A DNA stretch of 24,000 bases from Chloroflexota bacterium. GTDB taxonomy: Bacteria > Chloroflexota > Dehalococcoidia > SZUA-161. Positions within the stretch are counted from its first letter, which is position 1. Every line of letters begins with the position of its first letter. The stretch lies in NCBI GenBank assembly GCA_016865955.1, contig VGNW01000004.1, positions 3,603 to 27,602 on the forward strand. Direction: 5' to 3'. Of this stretch, positions 21,240 to 24,000 are shown in pieces. Below the pieces are notes generated by a model. The model was not told the origin of the DNA. It worked only from the letters and a program-made list of their open reading frames with translations, and ran no database searches. The position numbers were made by a program, and so were the translations under genes.

Positions 21240-22853
21240 TTAAACCTCTATCACGTCACCGACCTTCTCGGGAATTCTGACCTCAATCCCGCTCCCCTTC
21301 AGCCTATCTACATAGAACCCGGGGGTTTCGCTGTGGACAGGGATAAGCACCCGCGGCTTTATCTCGCGGACGATGCGGAGCAAATCGGTGCCGCAGGCAT
21401 GTCCCGAGGCATGCAAGCCCTTCTCTTCCTCGGGCACCCGCCAGTCGCCGTTGCTCTCCACAGGCAGCCCGAAGGGTTTGATGCCGAAGTGCTTGAGCCA
21501 CTCGTGCAGGCGGCGAAAGTCTATCTCCTGCTCTTCATCATGAGGTTCGCTGGAGCTGAATACATAGAGGCTTCCCGGAGCCGGTCTGATGCTGGGCAAT
21601 TCGTTTATGTCCAGAAAGCTGAAACAGAGGATGAACCTGTCCTGTGCCGACCTCACATCCTCAGCCATCACAATCTTGCCTTCGTAATCCTGACACAGGT
21701 TTCTCATCCATATAGAAGGTGACTTGGACGCAATGGTATCCTGGTAGATAACAAGGTGAGCATCCCTAGCAATATCGGGCATCTTCGGCTCGAGCAGGCG
21801 CATGGTCTTCAGCAAATAGGCATCCTTGGGCAATATCGCCAGCTTCCTGCCTGTCTCTCCGGCAATTTGCAGGAAGGTGAGCAGACGGTCAACATCCCTT
21901 GCAGAGAAATCGGCGATCACCAGGCTCTTTGCCTCCGCAATAACCTTTAATGCGTTACCATAGACCTCTTGCTCCGTGACATTCGACTCCCTCCCGACAT
22001 TGGTGCCCTCCAGCAGCAGTGCCACGGGATGCAGGGCAGAGGCTTCCTTAATAAACGTCTCGGTGAAATTACTCCGTTTGCCGTGAAGCCGCAGGTCGCC
22101 GCTGTATATTATCCAGCCCGAGCCGGTCTCGATGCCCCAGGCGGAGGCTCCCGGAATAGAGTGGTCGACGGGGAAGCAGCGCAGATTGAAACAGCATTTG
22201 CTGTGAGCCTGCAAGGGACAAGATGCAAGCTCCTTCTGTTTAGGGGTTTTCTCCCAGAAGCCCTGTGTCCAGAACCTATGGGCGGCGGCACTCAGGGCAT
22301 TCAAGCTCCTGTCAGGCACGCAGAACTGCCTCTGTTGCTTGGCATCGGCAGTATTGGCAATCAGAGACTGCTGCTTCCAGCCGCTGGGGCAATCCCAAAC
22401 GACAGGATTGAAATAGCACACGCTCTGGTCGAATCCGGATTTCCCCGAGTCCTGCATCGCTTTGGCGATAAACGCCGTTACGGCGCTGGAGTACACGGGT
22501 ACGTCCGATTTGAGAAATGAAATATAGCCGGAGTGGTCGAGGTGGGCATGAGACAGCAGCACGCCGTCCACCCCTTCGAGCTTGCGGTAATCGCGCTCAC
22601 TGCGGAACTGCTGCCATAGATTCGGTATCTCCAGGTCTTCCCGGTACAACCCCTCCAGCGGGGGCAGCAACTCCATCACCAGCGGGTCGAGCAAGCCGGC
22701 TCCGGGGCGGGGCTTCAAGTATTCTTCATAGAACTGCTTATTCCTCTTGAAGGGAAACCCGAAGTCCAGGAATAGCTTCTTCTCACCCTCTTCGAGAAGT
22801 ATTTTATTCCCGCCTATTTCGTTGACGCCGCCGTAAAAAGTCAGTTTAACCAT
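21240..22853 (-). CDS. Metallo-beta-lactamase-fold hydrolase of the beta-CASP / RNase J-like type
   Basis: The MBL motif 2 is LLSHAHLDHSGY. The C-terminal LHASGHACGTDLLRIVREIKPRVLIPVHSE resembles the RNase J/beta-CASP motifs (SGHA...P.H.E). Nuclease specificity is not established. Confidence 0.7.
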   Translation of the reverse strand: MVKLTFYGGVNEIGGNKILLEEGEKKLFLDFGFPFKRNKQFYEEYLKPRPGAGLLDPLVMELLPPLEGLYREDLEIPNLWQQFRSERDYRKLEGVDGVLLSHAHLDHSGYISFLKSDVPVYSSAVTAFIAKAMQDSGKSGFDQSVCYFNPVVWDCPSGWKQQSLIANTADAKQQRQFCVPDRSLNALSAAAHRFWTQGFWEKTPKQKELASCPLQAHSKCCFNLRCFPVDHSIPGASAWGIETGSGWIIYSGDLRLHGKRSNFTETFIKEASALHPVALLLEGTNVGRESNVTEQEVYGNALKVIAEAKSLVIADFSARDVDRLLTFLQIAGETGRKLAILPKDAYLLKTMRLLEPKMPDIARDAHLVIYQDTIASKSPSIWMRNLCQDYEGKIVMAEDVRSAQDRFILCFSFLDINELPSIRPAPGSLYVFSSSEPHDEEQEIDFRRLHEWLKHFGIKPFGLPVESNGDWRVPEEEKGLHASGHACGTDLLRIVREIKPRVLIPVHSETPGFYVDRLKGSGIEVRIPEKVGDVIEV

Positions 22854-22896
22854 TTTGCACTCTGCTCTGCATTCAAGGGTAAAGCCAACTTAGGAT

Positions 22897-23367
22897 TTAA
22901 CTATGATACTCTGAACTTGCTCTCATCCTTTTTTTCTGTCGCCCTAACAGAACGACAACAATGACAACGACAAACGCCATCTCAATGGCAAATCCCCAAG
23001 GAGTCGTGACCCATGATAACCACTCATGAATAACACCCTTCCCGACGATTGGACGTAGAATCAGCCAGTCAATAATATCGGGCGCTAAAGCCCATACCAT
23101 TCCCCACCAGTAGTGACGCAGCAAAAATCCCACGGCGATAGTGGCTACAACTAATGCAACCAATGTCAGAATGCTCGGCACATCATGAGGGTAAGGAAGA
23201 AAACGTAGTATAGCCGGTGAATCTGATGGCCATGGATAAGGGGCATGCCACATGTTCGTGCTATCAACGATTGCTGTGCTGGCAAACGCAACCGCCGCTG
23301 TCGGAAGTTTTCTTCTTATGCCAGCCTGACACAGGGCTCCTACAGCCATGTGGGCAGGTGGAAACAT
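22897..23367 (-). CDS. Hypothetical integral membrane protein
   Basis: 156-aa ORF with SD GAGGAGGG upstream of ATG 23367. It has about four hydrophobic segments and a basic C-terminal tail. No family was recognised. Confidence 0.5.
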   Translation of the reverse strand: MFPPAHMAVGALCQAGIRRKLPTAAVAFASTAIVDSTNMWHAPYPWPSDSPAILRFLPYPHDVPSILTLVALVVATIAVGFLLRHYWWGMVWALAPDIIDWLILRPIVGKGVIHEWLSWVTTPWGFAIEMAFVVVIVVVLLGRQKKRMRASSEYHS

Positions 23368-23508
23368 AGACCCTCCTCATATTGCCACAAATCTGCCCAT
23401 TGACTCATTTGCTTAGCTCACAGTCTAACGCAATATTTGCTAAGTCGCAAGAGAGAATAGCTGAAAAGCGTGCTGGCTTTGTTAGAATACAGTGCTTATA
23501 CTAATGGC

Positions 23509-24000
23509 ATGGCAACCAAACCTTTGCTCAAAGCGCTAACAGAAGCCGGACTGGACTCGCGAAGGCGTCTTGCCGACGCCATTCGGGAGGGCAGAGTCAG
23601 GGTAAACAAGATAGTTGCCGAGGACTTCCGTCAGTCCATTGATATTGAAAATGACAACATTACGATAAACGGGCAGCCTGTCGATTTGAAGCCCGAGCGA
23701 CTGGTTTATCTGATGCTCAACAAGCCAGCAGGTGTCATGTCCACTACCAGCGACGAACGGGGGCGCAGGACGGTTATCGACCTCCTGCCCGAGAAGTACC
23801 GTCATCTCAGATTATACCCCGTGGGACGGCTGGATAAAGACACCACAGGGCTGCTGCTGCTGACCAACGACGGCGAGCTGACCAACCGGCTCACCCACCC
23901 CAGATACGAGCGCGACAAAGAATATCTGGTCTCTATCAAGGAAAAACTGAAGCCGTCGGAAAGGCAAATGCTGGAACAGGGCATAAAGCTTGAGGATGGT
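23509..24000 (+). CDS. RsuA/RluB-family rRNA pseudouridine synthase with N-terminal S4 domain (3' end lies outside the window)
   Basis: This ORF is not in the ORF track because it has no stop in the window. The frame from ATG 23509 stays open to nt 24000. It translates as MATKPLLKALTEAGLDSRRRLADAIREGRVRVN (S4-like) ...LVYLMLNKPAGV...YPVGRLDKDTTGLLLLTNDGELTNRLTHP (catalytic Asp motif). Confidence 0.85.
   Translation, partial: MATKPLLKALTEAGLDSRRRLADAIREGRVRVNKIVAEDFRQSIDIENDNITINGQPVDLKPERLVYLMLNKPAGVMSTTSDERGRRTVIDLLPEKYRHLRLYPVGRLDKDTTGLLLLTNDGELTNRLTHPRYERDKEYLVSIKEKLKPSERQMLEQGIKLEDG

Noticed and set aside
22897-23367. A polytopic membrane protein considered as the missing prepilin/pre-archaellin peptidase (ArlK/PibD).
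   Set aside because: It is too short (156 aa) and lacks the paired catalytic Asp contexts (GxGD-type motif) of A24 peptidases.

Overview
This looks like a bacterial chromosomal segment. It carries miaA (3' part), dapF, a DapL-type aminotransferase, hflX, galU, ilvC and an RsuA/RluB-type pseudouridine synthase (5' part), with Shine-Dalgarno-driven starts. The gene content is reminiscent of Chloroflexota, but taxonomy cannot be verified from this window. The centre (about 6.7-14.7 kb, minus strand) is a tightly packed, apparently complete euryarchaeal-style archaellum (archaeal flagellum) operon. In transcription order it holds an excisionase-type HTH gene, two archaellins with class III signal peptides (arlB1, arlB2), an ArlC/D/E-like gene, arlF, arlG, arlH (KaiC-like ATPase), arlI (FlaI ATPase), arlJ (FlaJ platform) and a translationally coupled acidic disordered ORF of unknown function. 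The window contains no bacterial flagellar, Tad/T4P, prepilin-peptidase or chemotaxis genes. Details inside the cluster: arlB2 has an in-frame TAA at codon 6, yet the codons after it differ from arlB1 only synonymously. A 19-bp GC-rich stem-loop separates the archaellin genes from the accessory genes. A roughly 450-nt non-coding region lies upstream, containing a TACGCG(G/T)TTGT direct repeat. Other notable content: a heliorhodopsin with the His/His/Glu/Lys signature residues about 4.4 kb from the operon; a B12-binding radical SAM enzyme; a recent tandem duplication of a zinc-ribbon/4-TM membrane protein gene that includes its promoter and SD; a proteasome-beta/HslV-like Ntn hydrolase with N-terminal Ser and an internal 30-aa tandem duplication, wedged between dapF and dapL; and recurrent 7-nt-periodic CTGAnnn micro-repeats in three intergenic regions. 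No rRNA, tRNA, CRISPR array, transposase or integrase was recognised. All homology calls are by-eye motif recognition, not database searches.
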